Source: Tubiluchus corallicola (lineage: Eukaryota > Animalia > Priapulida). From it: a stretch of DNA of 64,000 bases. The position numbers and the translations under genes were made by a program. Within the stretch, counting starts at the first letter, position 1, and each line of letters begins with the position of its first letter. Shown piece after piece: positions 47,246 through 62,200 of this stretch. The stretch spans positions 1 through 64,000 of the forward strand of contig JAQGDQ010000002.1 of NCBI GenBank assembly GCA_030141605.1. Reading direction: 5' to 3'. The notes beneath the pieces are model-generated. The model worked only from the letters and a program-made list of their open reading frames with translations. It searched no databases and was not told the origin of the DNA.

Positions 47246-47298
<53 letters not shown>

Positions 47299-50200
47299 TG
47301 CGTGCGATACCTCAGGGCTACAGTTCCAATAACGGCACCTTTTATTTGCCGTTTTTTCGCCGAACTCATGCTTCTTATTTTTAGAGAAACAGGATCTCGC
47401 GAGGGTGGTGACAGTAATGCTTGGATAGCCCGTTTAACAGAGGGTTTTGAGAGGTTATTTAGAATTGGCGAGAACACTTTCCCGGACCTATCAGCCAAAA
47501 TATGGCGAAAAACTGCACAAGTATCCTTCAGGGAACGGGAACATGCAGTGGTGGTGCCGGCAATGACTAGATAACCCGTTTAGCGGTGGGTGTTGTAGGG
47601 TTATGGAGCGCGGTAAGAATGACACAGGTGAAATGGTACCAAAGGAAAAAATGGCACGGGAAAAATAGCACAAATGGAAAAGTAGGTAAAAATTACACAG
47701 CAAAAAGTGGCACAAATAGAAAAGTAAGTAAAAATGGCACAGGAAAAATAGCACTAATAGAAAAGTAGTTAGAAATGACACGGGGTATTGCTTTGATACA
47801 GACCATTTCAGTAATAAGAAAATGATTAAAATAAGGGAGAACTTCAAAAGGAGGCCGCTGTTCAAGCGGTTAAGCATGTAACTTACATACGAGGTCTGTT
47901 TCGCAGAAAGTGTTTTTCAAGGAAAAATCCATTTCTCTGAAAAAAGAACTTCCCTGAAAATATTTTTTCCTAGAAAACTCGTTTCACAGAAAAAAATTTC
48001 CCCGAAAGATTTTTTAAGAGAAAAATCACGGTTACGTTTTTAATTACTAAATCTGTTTTAGTAGGATAAAGGCTTCGGTTTCTCTCTTTCTGTTTACTTC
48101 TTCCTCTTTACCTCCTCCCTTTCTGCCCTTCTCTTCCTTTCGTCAAGTCAGCTTAGCACACGTTATAGATAGCGTTACACAGTTCTCCAAGCGAGAATTT
48201 TTCGAAATGGAATCTGGAACGAACTCTTAGTTGCTTGTCCTGGTGGAGATAATAAAAAAGAAGTACTGAACACTCCCTCCGAAACCTCCACGAAGTGTTT
48301 CACGAAACAAACAAACAAACAAACATAACTTCCTTGGCAGAGGTAAAAATAATTACCCCTACAGTAACCCTAACCCTAAACATATATTTTACTAAGTGTG
48401 CATTTCTCTGTGCCATTTTTACCTGAAGGAAATCTCGCTAAATATAATGTACCATGCTTTGTCCCAAAGAAGTCTTTTGAATTCGACTAATTTTGCTTGA
48501 TCTGTGAAATACGTTTTAATTTATCGACCTAATATTTACTTTATTACCATATTTGTAAAATTTTGTATACCGTATATTGTACTTTTGTCTTTCTTTCTTG
48601 TACTACAGAATTTGGTGTACATATTTGTTCGTTTTACTTCGTTGAGAGCTTGACTGGCGAGCCTCTCACTCGGTCACATTTCAAGCGTCTGCGAGGTTTG
48701 TCATTTGATTGAAATCATTTTTGGAAGTCCAAAACGAGCCTTACCCACAATGAGACTGGGAGTAAGGTCAGAGTTGCTGTAGTTCACGTGCATATGTGTC
48801 TCGGTCCAATCGAATTCAAGTGTCTACAGCATGTCATTTGGGGTTCGGCTAGTATCGTTTACAACCATTGGAAAAATCAGACATTTTTAAAGGAAACGCA
48901 AAGTAATTATTTGTCCTTAATAATCGTTTAACCAGATATCATCAAATCTCAATAGACTTTTTACCCTCTCCTATATAGCCACCGCTTAATAGTATTTGTT
49001 TGGCGTAGTTCAAGCCGCTAACGCTAAAACGGATGAAGAGATAAGCAACGATGTTACGCCATGCATTAATTACCATTAGTTTACTACAGGGATACATGAG
49101 TACATTAGCACATTTAGACAGTTGTACCGTGCTCAGTAGCTCAGTAACATTAAAACTGGAGTGTTCGTGGTTTGCGTTTGTCAGAATATCTCTACAGAAT
49201 ATCGCTTCTGGCGCGCAGAAATTTTTGGAGTCATAGACATGCTTAGTGATTAATTGATTTAGTCGAAAACAATCAACTATTAACCCAGTAAATTATATTA
49301 GTGATTGTAGGTCTGTCAGTAACTCGGTAGCAACAGACTTTTTGCTCGAAGTAAATTAGATTACTGATTGCTGTTAACTTGTTAAGATTTTGCCATAGCA
49401 TAATCTTCTTGAATTTCTTTGTTTATTATTATTACTGTTTGGTACTAATAGCCCCAAAGGCGCCAAAAAAAGTTTGAGAGCATACATGTACAAGCGAGGA
49501 TTATGAAACTCACAGCGTGAATAGCTGTGGGTTGGAAAACATTACAAAATTTGATTTCTATTAGCAACGTCAAAAGACGAAGATGGCAAACTCTTTAGCC
49601 TCAGAAACAATACCCAACCACTTGTTTTAATACTCTTTCAATAAAATTATTTAATAGGTCAAAACTGTAAAACTTTTACGACAACATTTTTGGTAAATTA
49701 AAAGCTCAAAAAATCATGGTGTCGCACATCGACATTAAACCAGCGTGAAATAAGAATTCAGGACAGCGACTCTAAGTTGTTGGAGTTTGAAACATTTAAC
49801 GACTGACTACCATGTTTTAGAACGTCTGGAGCTGCAGCTGTCAGACTGGGCATCACATCAGCTGACCTAGCATGTTTAGTTTTGAGAATGCTGTGTATAT
49901 GATAGCCGTATTTTGTACAGTATTGTTGCCATTTTATTGCATCTTTCCGGCCTACTTTCTGCTTATTTACGTTTTCCCAAATTTGCCAACAGCCAAAAAT
50001 CTTTTCGCAATAGAATCTTGCATGATCAATGCAGCCCTGTCATTTTGCTGGGCTTCTTTTCCGATGTGTTTGCTCAGCCATAAAGCAAATTAAATTCTAC
50101 AACTGTGCTGGCATTTTGCGGCTTATTTATTCCCAGCTGTCAATCCAAATACTGATCGGTGCATGGCATTCCGCTCAATATGCGTTGATTGTGCGTGTAG

Positions 50201-53200
50201 TCGATGTAGGTTACTAATTTGCATCTTTTCTGTGGTATAGACAGTTTTTGGACATAAAACACTCCCCTACCGCTTTACCGTTCTTCTTCCCCCTGTCTCT
50301 CTCTATCTCCCTCCGTCCCCCCTCTCTCTGTCTCTCTCTCTCTCCCCCCTTCTTTTTGTTTGTCTTGATCCCCTTCTTTTTGTTTGTCTTGAGTCGCTAG
50401 TGTTAAAACAAATTTACGTATTTTTCTTTTAGAAAATTACGTAATATTTAAGACATTAAGATAAGCCTGAAAAAAATCATTGACGACACCCGTATGATTT
50501 TGATACTGTCCGTTGAGTCTCGATGGTTTTTCGCGCTACTTCTAGCCACGTAATTCGTGATCTTTCAGCCAGCGGTTTTCTCGACGTTTCTTCCCTTGGG
50601 GATTCGCCGATGTTTGTTTAAATTGGAATTTTGCGTTACTGTGTACCCCGCGATGATTATCAAAGTTTGGTCTGTGCGCTCTAGAGCTTCTTGTGCATTG
50701 AAGGAATGAAACCCGTTTGCCATTCCGTTTTATTGTGGTAAAATAATGTATGAATGTAAAGAACCGGGTAATACTAGAAAAGTGCAGTTTTATCTGCAGA
50801 AAGCAATTATGCGCGTCAGCTGAAGCCCGAATGAGAACTCGCAAATTTTATTCTATTATACTTTATTAATTAAGGATTTTTTTAATTAAACATTTTTTTC
50901 GTGAGAAGTAATATGCACAAGTTTTTACTCTTGTCGGCTAAAGACGTAGAACCTAAATCAGTGGAATAATAATAGGGAAAGATATCAACGACAGTCATAA
51001 GTGCGAGTTGTACTTATTTTATTATTATCTAAATGCTTATAAAAAGTTTTTTTCCAAAAAAACCCAAGACTCGTTGGGGGACGTGGGGGGAAAAGAAATA
51101 ACCGTAGTTGCAGCTGTCCTAAATATTATTAAATAAAATGAGCAGAACAGAACATTTTCTTAGTTTTTATCCAGAACCGTTCTGTTTTGTTTTTATCCAG
51201 CAACTGTTTTGTTTTTGCTGTAACTTCTTGAAGAAAACTCTGAAAATACAAAATTCTCAGCAAATTAAACTAAAGTAAACTGGACACAGATATATGCTTA
51301 CAGTATGTTTGGACAAAATACTTGTGTTACCGTTCCCATTCATAGTGCAATTCGTCTTGCTTGTTTCAGTCTTCGTAACATTAAAGTTTATGTTGTTTGC
51401 AGAATTGTAGTTCTACTTGATTATTCATTATCCTCTGTGGTGCCAAAACCTCCATGTGCCTACTGTATACCAATATGATTTTGATTTTTTCATGAACATG
51501 TTCATGGTTAGGTGAGACATTTATATTACGCACAGATGCATACATGACACAAACAATGAAACAAAATTATTTTTAGTCAGTTTATAGATGTCTGAACTAA
51601 TAACGTGTGGTTTCGCTGTGTGGTGGGATGAATATTTATGGCAGTCTGTCACTCTCTGTTGAAGCGGATCTGGTCTACATCGTATATAGAAAATCAATCA
51701 CATTGAAGAGCGTGGCCTATAATTGTGATAGCCATTGGAAGAATCCACTGTTGTGAATACACTCTGTATTTGTTCGTCTCACGTGAGCACTGTACAAGAA
51801 TAAACGTGAATATTAGGGTGAGAGGCTTTGAGGTAAATACCAAAGCATTTGCAGGGAATAGGTGCCCGTGAAGTCTATTCAAGTTTATTCACTACAAGTT
51901 GTAATACCACTTACTGGACTTTTTAAATCTGATCACTGTTTAGCATTTAAAGTGTCCAAGTTGATGAAGTTGTTATAATAAACACATATTGGTAGCTACA
52001 TGTATTTTCGTGTTTGCTTAGGCGCCCGTGCATCATTAATTAGTTTATTCAATTTCAATTTTTATTTTGTACTAAAATTTTTTGTAAATACACCAATATT
52101 ATATCCACGATCACCGCCTTGCTCGCGGACAATGGAAAAGTCTGCATGTTTAATAGGACCGATCTAGCCATTATTTGTGATGTCTGTAGCTTATCTGCCA
52201 TCGCTGACGATATCTCACAGTTAAAAAGCGGTATTCCACTTGTTTGGTATTTAAAACATTTCATTTTTGACTGCAACAAACTGTGTGTTCCTAACCCATT
52301 TCGTGTAAATATTTACTTAGAAACAAGTTTACTTTATACATATTTAGCAACACTTTCGGATTGGGCCCAGTTTAAATATTTACGCACCTAATCATTTTGA
52401 AATTAGTTCGAGTCATTATTCGAGTAAAGCATTAAACGAGAAAGTAGCCATACGGGTTCGTATTGGAACAGAAAACCTGGGAAAGACAAACTAGTGCCTT
52501 TCGTTGTACAGTGCTCTGGGACAACAGATTACAGATGACATATATTACAGCAGCTCATATCATGTCACATATCAATCAATGAGCACTGTGATGAATCATC
52601 GTCACTAAAGCACAGCTGTTGCAGTGCAAACACACTAACATTATTCGCTATTTTATTGCCTCTAAAACTGACCTAAATAACAGTAATTGCTAGTAAGGTC
52701 TTTTATTGGTAATGCTATACAGAGTTTTTTTGTTTTATAATCAGTTGTATTAAGGAATCAATCTTTTTAGCAATTTTGTAACTGTAAACCGTGCACATTG
52801 ATTTATTGTTATTTGCAACACACATATGGTCTGGGAGACTGAGACTGAAAGATGTGGCTAATTTTCCTATTTCTATAGAGCCACAACAGCATTAGAGTCT
52901 GCTTGTAAGGTTTTCTGTATTAATAAATAATGCAATTTAAGTCAAACTTGGAGTTTTACAGAATATAAATGCTTATATACTGTGTGTATGTCTTCGCTAT
53001 TTGCGTTTTTATTAAGTGAGACTTGGTCCACGTCTAATGTCTATATTTTCTCTTGTTTATTACTGTAAACATTTGCCTGTGGGCCAAAGTTGTCATCTAA
53101 TGCTCTATGAAGTTATTGATTGGGCTGGCAAGGCATCATTTACCATTTATATGTGATCCTAAAGCGATATACATAATTATTTATATCCAGTTCATTTAAA

Positions 53201-56200
53201 CATACACGATTAATTACATGAAAATATAACATTGTTTAGTATGGATGTTAAATTAGTAAAATTAATAATGTAAATACGAAGAACGAAGATTGTAAACATA
53301 TATTGCAGCTTTTTAACTCATAAACGTAAAAAAGTCTTACAAATTTTTCCACTCTGGTATATATGCGGTACCAGTCAATTTTGGTTTTTAGTTTCCTTGT
53401 AATTGAATACTTGTGGGTTTGATTAAAAAACAATGATTCCGTCACCTGCAGCTTAGTGAGAAGGCTTTGCTTCATTTTGCAATTGAGAAAGGAGTAGATC
53501 TATTTTATTGCTAGCAGCTGGTCAAGTAAACTGTGATGTCTTTGCTGGGTCTGTGTCACAAGACACTTCTTCATTTGATTCCTTTCGTTTGTTTGTTCTT
53601 CATTTAACTCAGTCTGAGTCTCTCTAATCTTCATCTACTCCTGCTTCACATCCATCCGTGTGCTCAATCATTCATTCATTCGTTAAACTATTCGTTGGAT
53701 AACTCGTTCCTTGATTCATTTCTCAGTTCATTTTTACCCATTTCTTCAATTTAGCTGACATTATTCTACTCGTAAATTCAATTGATAAAAACTAAAACAT
53801 TCGCAGCTGTGTCGGTTTCGTTCAGCATTTTAGACAATGCCTTCGTGCATTTCATTTTGTAGGTAATGGCTACACAAATGCGGCTTCCTAGATATATCTG
53901 GTTCATCGCAATACTTCTTTTATTTAGTGACACAAGGGTGAAATTAATCTTAGCCTTACCCTCCCAATGGAGCCCAAATGGTGGTAGTAGCGATCGACGA
54001 CGGGTATATATAATATATACACAATAATATATATATATATATATTAAAGCCATTTATTTTCCCCAGGAGTAGCTCCAAGTGGTTTGCTGCGAGTGATGAC
54101 ATTTGTGGCAAGTGCAGGAGGACTACCATCAAATGAAACAACAATTGCGGAGTTACTGAAGGAAGCTGGATATAACACTGGTATTGTAGGTAAGACTTTT
54201 TGTGCATTATTTTTATAGGCACGATTTCTACACAATGCATTTGTTTGCATTGTTTTAGTAACCTTAAATCACATATATGTTACATATATTACACTCGGGT
54301 ATTATATCTTATTTATATATGTGTTACGTAATTATGATATCACATCCGTCAGTGGATCCCTGCCTATAAATTACTTTTTCTGAACATTCTTACATCTTGC
54401 CTTACATTTAACACTCAATAACAAATGGAAAGATTTAGGACTAGTTAATATACTATAAATGTATTATAATTTTTACGTTGGCCATCATTTGGCAGTAAAA
54501 ATTATACATGCTTACGAAATCAGACAGCGAGGAAAGTAATGAAGATTATGTTTTAATTATAATTTGTTAAAAAATTATTGCTTAAAAATAATAATGGTAA
54601 CATATCCATGCTGCGAATGCGATAACATTAATAAGATAGCTATATAGATCTCAATAAATCTGATAAGTGTAACAAAGTGCCATACAAACGTACACGTCTA
54701 TGTGCAAGAGAGGTTATAACAGTAGATATCGCCTCCAAGAACCTACATGGCGACAAACTCACTTCTCGTATACGACACGGGCTGGCTTCTATATGCGCCG
54801 CTTCTGATATGATTCAGATCCAGAGGCGCCTTGTTACATTTCCCCCTTAAGACCGGACGTTCACAAAGATCGCAGGAGTCAACTTACGGACGACTTTTTT
54901 TTAAACGTCTTACCTTTCTTCCCCTCCAAAACAAAATACAGTGCAATGCAATGCAATACTGCACAAAACAATTCGCATTCTATGTGGGAAACTGTAACAT
55001 CAAGCACAACAGTTGCTCGTTGTACTTATGCTGTCATGACAAAAATCCTGACATTGTTACGTTACATGTTCTCAGTCTTCAAGTCATGTCTTCGTGGGTC
55101 TCGTGATAGTAAAAGTTGAAAGTGCTGAGTAATCATTTGGCTGAGTTTTACCATAATAAACTTATACAACCACATCCGGTTCTCACACTAAAGAAATCAA
55201 AGTTGTGCTATTGTATACACAACTAGCCGCAAAGCATTCAATAATTTTCTTTCTCTTGTTTTGAGGATGAACGGAAGTTTAGGCTGACACCTATTGCGTA
55301 TGCGTACCTATTCCAATTAACTGCGTTGGTTTTACCCTCAATGTTCTCACTGATATTGAAAAATAAGGTGAAATCAGCAATATATTATACATAATAGTCA
55401 ATACAGTAAAGTTCACACCATCTTAAACCTAACAATTTACGAGCCTGTGTACAGGGGTCTTGAACATAAGCGTGTTTCATACAAGTAAATACATTTTAGT
55501 TTAATACTAGTGTTTATTTTTCATATCAATTGTGAAAAATTATTAATAATCTTAAATTCAGGTGTGTAGTTGCTGTTTAATCCCATAATCCCATAATAAT
55601 TATGTGGTAAATCAATGTTAAAGGAGACTAGCTTATAAATTTCCATTTTCTTGTCTATAGATGTCAACACATTATGCACAATATACCATTACTGGCACAG
55701 TCTACTAAAACGCCATTAATTAATAGAAACTAGTTTACCTTTAAAGCTGTATAACTGAAAACTATGTATTTTTTCTTACCAGAATAATTTGAATAATTGC
55801 TAGTATATTAACGATTTTAGATTAGTTGATCTATTTTAAATAAATTGCAATTTTAGCTGAACATGAATTGCTTGACTTCTTACAATTATGTGAGATAGTG
55901 GGTTAGCAATTTTATTTAGCAAACGAAATTGCGTCGTCAGCATTTTCCTGGGTTTGAACTTCTCGGATTATACGCGTTAATGGAGTTGCGCTTAACAATA
56001 ACTTTTAAAGGTGGTTAAAATTTCAAGACGGGATATCTGCAACGGTGTTGAACATGTTCATTGTTCAGTCGTCATGCTTTGTGTATCACGTAACACACTC
56101 AACTAGCTTTGACTGCACAAAGCATTTGTTTTTGCTACAGTGTAAACGGTTGCTTTATTAACCGTATTCATAGTAATTTACAATCATTAGTCAATGAATT

Positions 56201-59200
56201 ATGAATAAGCGAATAGACGTGTTAAATTGTTTAAGAAAACGCCGCATTATTAATTTTCTGCCACGTCAAGAGACGTAAGCTAACCAATTCTTTTATAAGT
56301 TTTTGCGGTGTTGCGTTTGTTATTATGAGGAAGAATGGTGTGCGTTACTCGATTCAGTGAAGTAGGTTTTATTTTGACCGTTGGTTTGCTCTTATTTATG
56401 GAAAAAAAAACGATCGTTATCAAGCCAACTTGATGACACCGTTACATTGATTTTTGTTTTCGAGTTTTGCAAAAATTAATCACTGATTTTTAACTTTGTA
56501 AGCAGTTTGTGCTGTTCAACACAAACCGAGTGTCACGGTAATCCAATTATACCTTCTTTGCTAGTGGACTCCTAATTTTTTGTAAAGTTAATAGTTTGTA
56601 AAATTAAGTGGCGATGTGGTTTTACTTCTTTCTATAAAAAATTTGTCTTTCACGACTATTTTAGCAAAAATCGTTATAACGTTATAGTCGTTATAATCGT
56701 AAATTCAGTATGTAAAACTAACCATATTTTCCATATATCCTGACATATATATTTCCCTGAAACTTCGATGTATCTTTTACTAAGTCAAACACAAAAATTA
56801 TGGAAAAACAAATTGAAATTTTAGGGTCATGTCTCTCTAATTGTGGAATTGCCCCTATTCTAATCTTTGGTAGCATTTTGTTCAAATTTTGTTTTCGAAA
56901 ATGCAGCCAAAGGGCTCAGCTAAGGTTGTCACTCGTAGTCCTTGTGAAAAAAGATTGAGATTTATTTCAAAGATTTAACACTTAATAAAAATTTGTAATA
57001 AATTAAAAGTAAAACTTAAAGTCCAAGTGATGTACACTAGGAAAATTTCTTGAAACCTTGAAAATTACAATGAGGCAAAAGGCAATAATTCAGTATATGT
57101 GGTGCTAACTGTGTCATTACATGTGTGTAAATTGCTCTAAATTTATGTGAAAATTGTCGTATGCAGAGGAGTACTTGCATACATTTAATTAGAACAATTG
57201 GTAAATAACTAAACTAGTACAGAACCACTAAATGAAAATGAAAAGGCTAACCAAAATTCAAATCTTGTGATCCGTTCACGGAGGTCCCTCTACAGGACAG
57301 GACGCACACAATGCAAAATCTATTTGTAACAACTTGTCAACTCAGATTGACTTTTGCTTATTTGCTGACTGGATAAACGATGTTTCACCAGCTTTATTTT
57401 TCAAGGGTTTTTGTTTTAATATTCGAGAGCACTCTCATACTAGTCGCACACAATAAAAAATCTGTCTGTTTCAAATTGTCTTAGACAAAATTTTCGGTTA
57501 GTATTCAGTGTAAGGTTACGTGGAGAGTTTTGTATGAAGCAAACTGTGAACATGGTTTATCAAGCCTGCAAACAAATTGTTGCAGACAGGTTTTGCATCG
57601 TTTGCTCCCTGTATCATTTTTTTAAATACCATTTTAATTTATTGCTCAAATACATGTAATGTACATTAGCAAAATACGATACAATACATACATTGTCAGA
57701 TAATGCATACATGTAAAATTGATTCCTATGCTTTGTGCAAAAGGTATTTTCAGTGATAGTAATAATAACAATAATTAATATATTTGGCATAATTGCATTA
57801 ACATAGAGTTAGCTAACTAATGAAATAGAAGTACACTGATACAAAATCACACTTAAATATTGTAATTTTCGGCAATACAAGAAAATGAAAAAAATGATAT
57901 TAGTATCTGTTTCAGCTGTTTGAATGAAAGTTTATAAAGAATAAATACTGAATGAGTTAAAAAAATTATTGAGACAAATTGTTGCTCCTCTCGTCTGTGG
58001 TCTTTGCACAAAAATCTCTCAGACAAAACCAGACCAACACACAGCAATCATTTTGGTCGCATGTCATCTAATAATTGTTTACCGAGGTTACTCATGACAC
58101 AGTTTGCCTCACACTAAAGTTGCCGTGTGCGGCAAAATTTTCTCTCAGGTTTTTTACCGCGACTAACATATGTACCTGCATAATACACCCAAGTCTGATT
58201 CTTTTGATTAAAAAACATAAAACAAAGACAAACAAGCAAACGCTCAAAAATGTACCTGTTTTGGTATTATATTGATTAGCAGAAGACTCACACTGTTCAT
58301 TAAATACAATTATAATCAATATTTCACGAATATTCTACATAGCTATCCAGGAGTACATAAATGATTGAATACAGAGTTTAGAAGAGTTTTATAAGGTTTG
58401 AGCAAGTCACCTAAAAATTTATAACCTTATAAACGTCTATATGTGATAACAATTGTACATTATAATTCAAGTAATGCCTTGATCGTTAACTTTCATAATA
58501 CATTAATTAGAACTGCAAATGAGGGTTACCATGCAGCACGGTAGTACATGTATCAGCAGCCCTGAACTGTAGCTCCGAGTGCGTCCAGAAAGATAACAAT
58601 TCAGTTATTTCTTAAAGAATAGGATAACCGTCACAACGCATACTTGTAATTTAAATACTTTGCATGTAGTTGTGGCACTACGTAGGGCAAATCATATTGT
58701 AAAATACAGATAATACATAGCGAATCACATTTGGACGGGCGCAAACATTTGTCCTGTAATTAGTAAATGAGGATTCTACCAGCGCACTTCATTAATCATT
58801 AAATAGGAGGATGTCAATATATACATAAGCAAATTTCCTGGTGAGTCCCATATCTTTGAAGTTTGGTCACCAATTTATAGAATGCACTACTGAGTCAAAT
58901 GCATAAGCATTATCAAAAAGTTCAAGTTTTGAACTATTATATATTACCAAGGCTTCCGAAAAGTTGGTGAACGGTTTTTGGTAAACCAGTGCTACAACTT
59001 TATAACTAGTTTTTCTAAAAAATAATTAAGAAATGCATCTTTTTAATTTTATGCATATTTGCATAACTTTATTTGTTAATGTGAGTGATTGAGATAAATC
59101 AGTAACTATGTGTGAAGCTGTGAAGGATCATCAACTTTATAACTTTGCTCTCTGTTAGCAACCAAGCTTTGGTATAAACGTAAGTTAAAGCTGTGACTAA

Positions 59201-62200
59201 AATCTCGAAAATGCTAAATAGTGAATGCACACTATTCATCGTTCTTGTGGCTTGTTTGACTAATGAAATGTTTGATACCCCAGCAGCAGTGTGACAGGTA
59301 ACATACCTGCATCAGTACTTATCTTATACATCAGCAAGAAATTTGTATGATTTTACGTGCAGAGTTTTTGGTATCATAATTTTTATCTACATGATTAGAC
59401 CTAACTGTTGTTGTTGTTTTATTGTTTTGCAAAGCAGTAGTGGAGTAATTAATTTTTGTTTTTCCAGGGAAGTGGCATTTGGGTGTTAGCTGCAAACGCA
59501 TTGATGATTTTTGCCATCATCCGCTCAAGCAAGGTTTTGACTATTTTTATGGTTTACCTTTGACAAACTTGAAAGACTTTGGTGGTGACGGCAATACTGT
59601 CATGCTGATGGCTAAACCAAATATGAACATCGGATTGGGATGCTCCGTATTTGTTGCAATACTTGCCACATTCATGCTTCGGCGCAAGCAAATGATGGGC
59701 TCCGTCGCATTCTACACTCTTCTGTTTTTCGTTACAATTCCTCCCGGTATATTCTTTCTCGTCATGTGTGATATGACATTCATAAACAGTTTAATAATGC
59801 ATAACTACGAATACATTGAACAGCCCATTCGTTTTGACAACCTTTCTCAGAGACTTGTGAATGAGGCTGTCAATTTTTTGCATGAGAAAGCTCAAGAGAA
59901 GGAACCTTTTCTGTTGTTTATGTCGTTTGTACAGGTTCACACTTTTCTACATACAGCAGAAAGGTAAACTTAACTTTTAGTAACATTTAAATTAGGAAAT
60001 AAATCATTCCTTGCTTAATGTTCTCATACTTTGATATTTTTCAGCAATTCCGGTGTTCCTTTGTTCCTTAAAAGTTATCGGAGAAGACAAAAACACATGA
60101 AAAAAATCAATTTATTTTATATAGCCATATGTAAAAGAGAGTGTTGTACGAAATGCAAGCTTCATTACAATCTTATGCTATTGTGAATGTTGTGTACATT
60201 ACTCTTCCGTATTCGGTATTATGAATGTTGTGTGCATTACACCTCTGTGTGCATCTTAAAGTGTATAATTCAGCAGAGACTGACTGGCTAGGGTACTTTA
60301 AATCCACTTGAGTTATTGACAGATAAGTGCATGCTTCAGCTGGTGATTGTTTCATTATTTATTAATGCGTAATGTAGAGACTGAGTAGTACTTGCACTTC
60401 TGGAAGTATTAACTATTAATGTTTAATGGCTCCACTTCGAATTCCCTCTGTGCACAGTGCAAGTGAGCTTAAGTGACTGCAAGAAGAATTTCTTGCACAT
60501 ATTGTCCAAATACAAAGTAGAACTAACTAAATGATAGATAATTCTTAGCATAAATTAAAATCTCTGAAAAAAATTGCTGATGAGGTTAAAAATTAGATAG
60601 TTTACAATTAACCAGTGACATTGTTCATATATTTGTTATAAATGTTATAAATGCTTATTATTAACAGTAGTTCTGTGCATGGGCTTTTTTACATTTATTA
60701 CATATACGTCATCAGGCTGCTTAAGATAATAGCTTTATCTGAATATTAAATGAGATCATGGTTTCGTATTATGATTGTTGTATGTCCTAAAAAAATTATC
60801 AATGAACATTAATTTGGTCCAGGCACATAGATGAACTTGAAAGCTCCAGTCTTCCCTTTTTTCTTTTCAAGGTTTTTTTTTGTAATCAGTCAAGTATGGC
60901 AATGAACCACTGTCAACTCTAGCTTGTAGACCCTAGCATAGAGACAAATAACCTTGCCAAGCAATAGCTTTTCATTTCAATATCTAATACAGCGTTTGTT
61001 TTATTCCTAGATTTAGAGGATTGAGCAGTCACGGTCGGTATGGTGACAATGTTGAAGAACTAGATTGGAGTGTTGGCGAGATTCTTAACACACTACATAA
61101 ACTAGGAATAGATAACAACACTATTGTTTACTTTACATCTGATCAGGGTGGTCATGTAGAAGAGAGAGGCTTAGATGGGCAGCGGGAAGGTGGTTGGAAT
61201 GGGCCGTTTAAAGGTATTGTGGTACTTACCTGATATTAAAGTCTTTTCTCTTTTTTAATTTCAAAATGAAAACATTTCGGCTGTTTGCTAGCGCTGTTCG
61301 AACTTTCAAAGAGTTCTTATTAATTGTTTTGTCACTCATTGAAACTCGACAGCACTAATCATCATGACATTCAGAATATGATAATTTAACTGGAAGCAAT
61401 GAAGATCAAAGGTTTATATCTGTAACAATAATCTGTAAAAAAAATAAATTGTTCAAAAAACACATTTGGTGCTGCAAAAATTGAAGGTCAAACTGTTATT
61501 TTGTAATTAATAAATACATTAAATAGTGATTACAACTTCAGAACTCAGAAGCAGTTTTTAAGATTTCTTATCCTGAAGCAGGTTACTGCTTCTTAAATGA
61601 AAGCGGGCAAATAGCCTTTGATGTCTGCAGTATTGTGTGATATACACATTTTCAGTTTACTTTTTTAATAAAATTTTCTTGGAAGATATTTAAGAGGAGG
61701 AGGAGTGAAAGGGTATTTAAAATGTTTTCCTTGCTTACACTGTAAAGTATTTTTTAAAGAAGTGCTTTAGTAATTGTTGTTTAACTACTTTAGTAATTGT
61801 TTAACTACAAATTTGGAAATTTAAAGTACACCAGATTTTAATTATACGGTTCTACTTGCTAATGGACAAGAAAAGAGACTTAATGAAGTTCATGTACGTT
61901 TCAGAAACATCAGCTAGAAAGATTGTATTGGTTGTTGCCAGTCTTGTGAGTTTCGTACATTAAGAGAAGTTTCCTTTTGTTTTTATTTTAAATCCACCTG
62001 CACAACTGCCCCCAAGTGTATTATTATATCATACCATGCTGCAAGTGTTGAATATAACATAAATTCACAGGAAATTGCTGCTAGCAGTCAGTACATTATG
62101 GCAAATAATGTTGTAAGTAAAATCTATGAATTTTCTGATAATTAAAAACATTTGACACAGTAAAATTCTTTTCCAACTTCCACGAAACTCAGTGTTTGTC

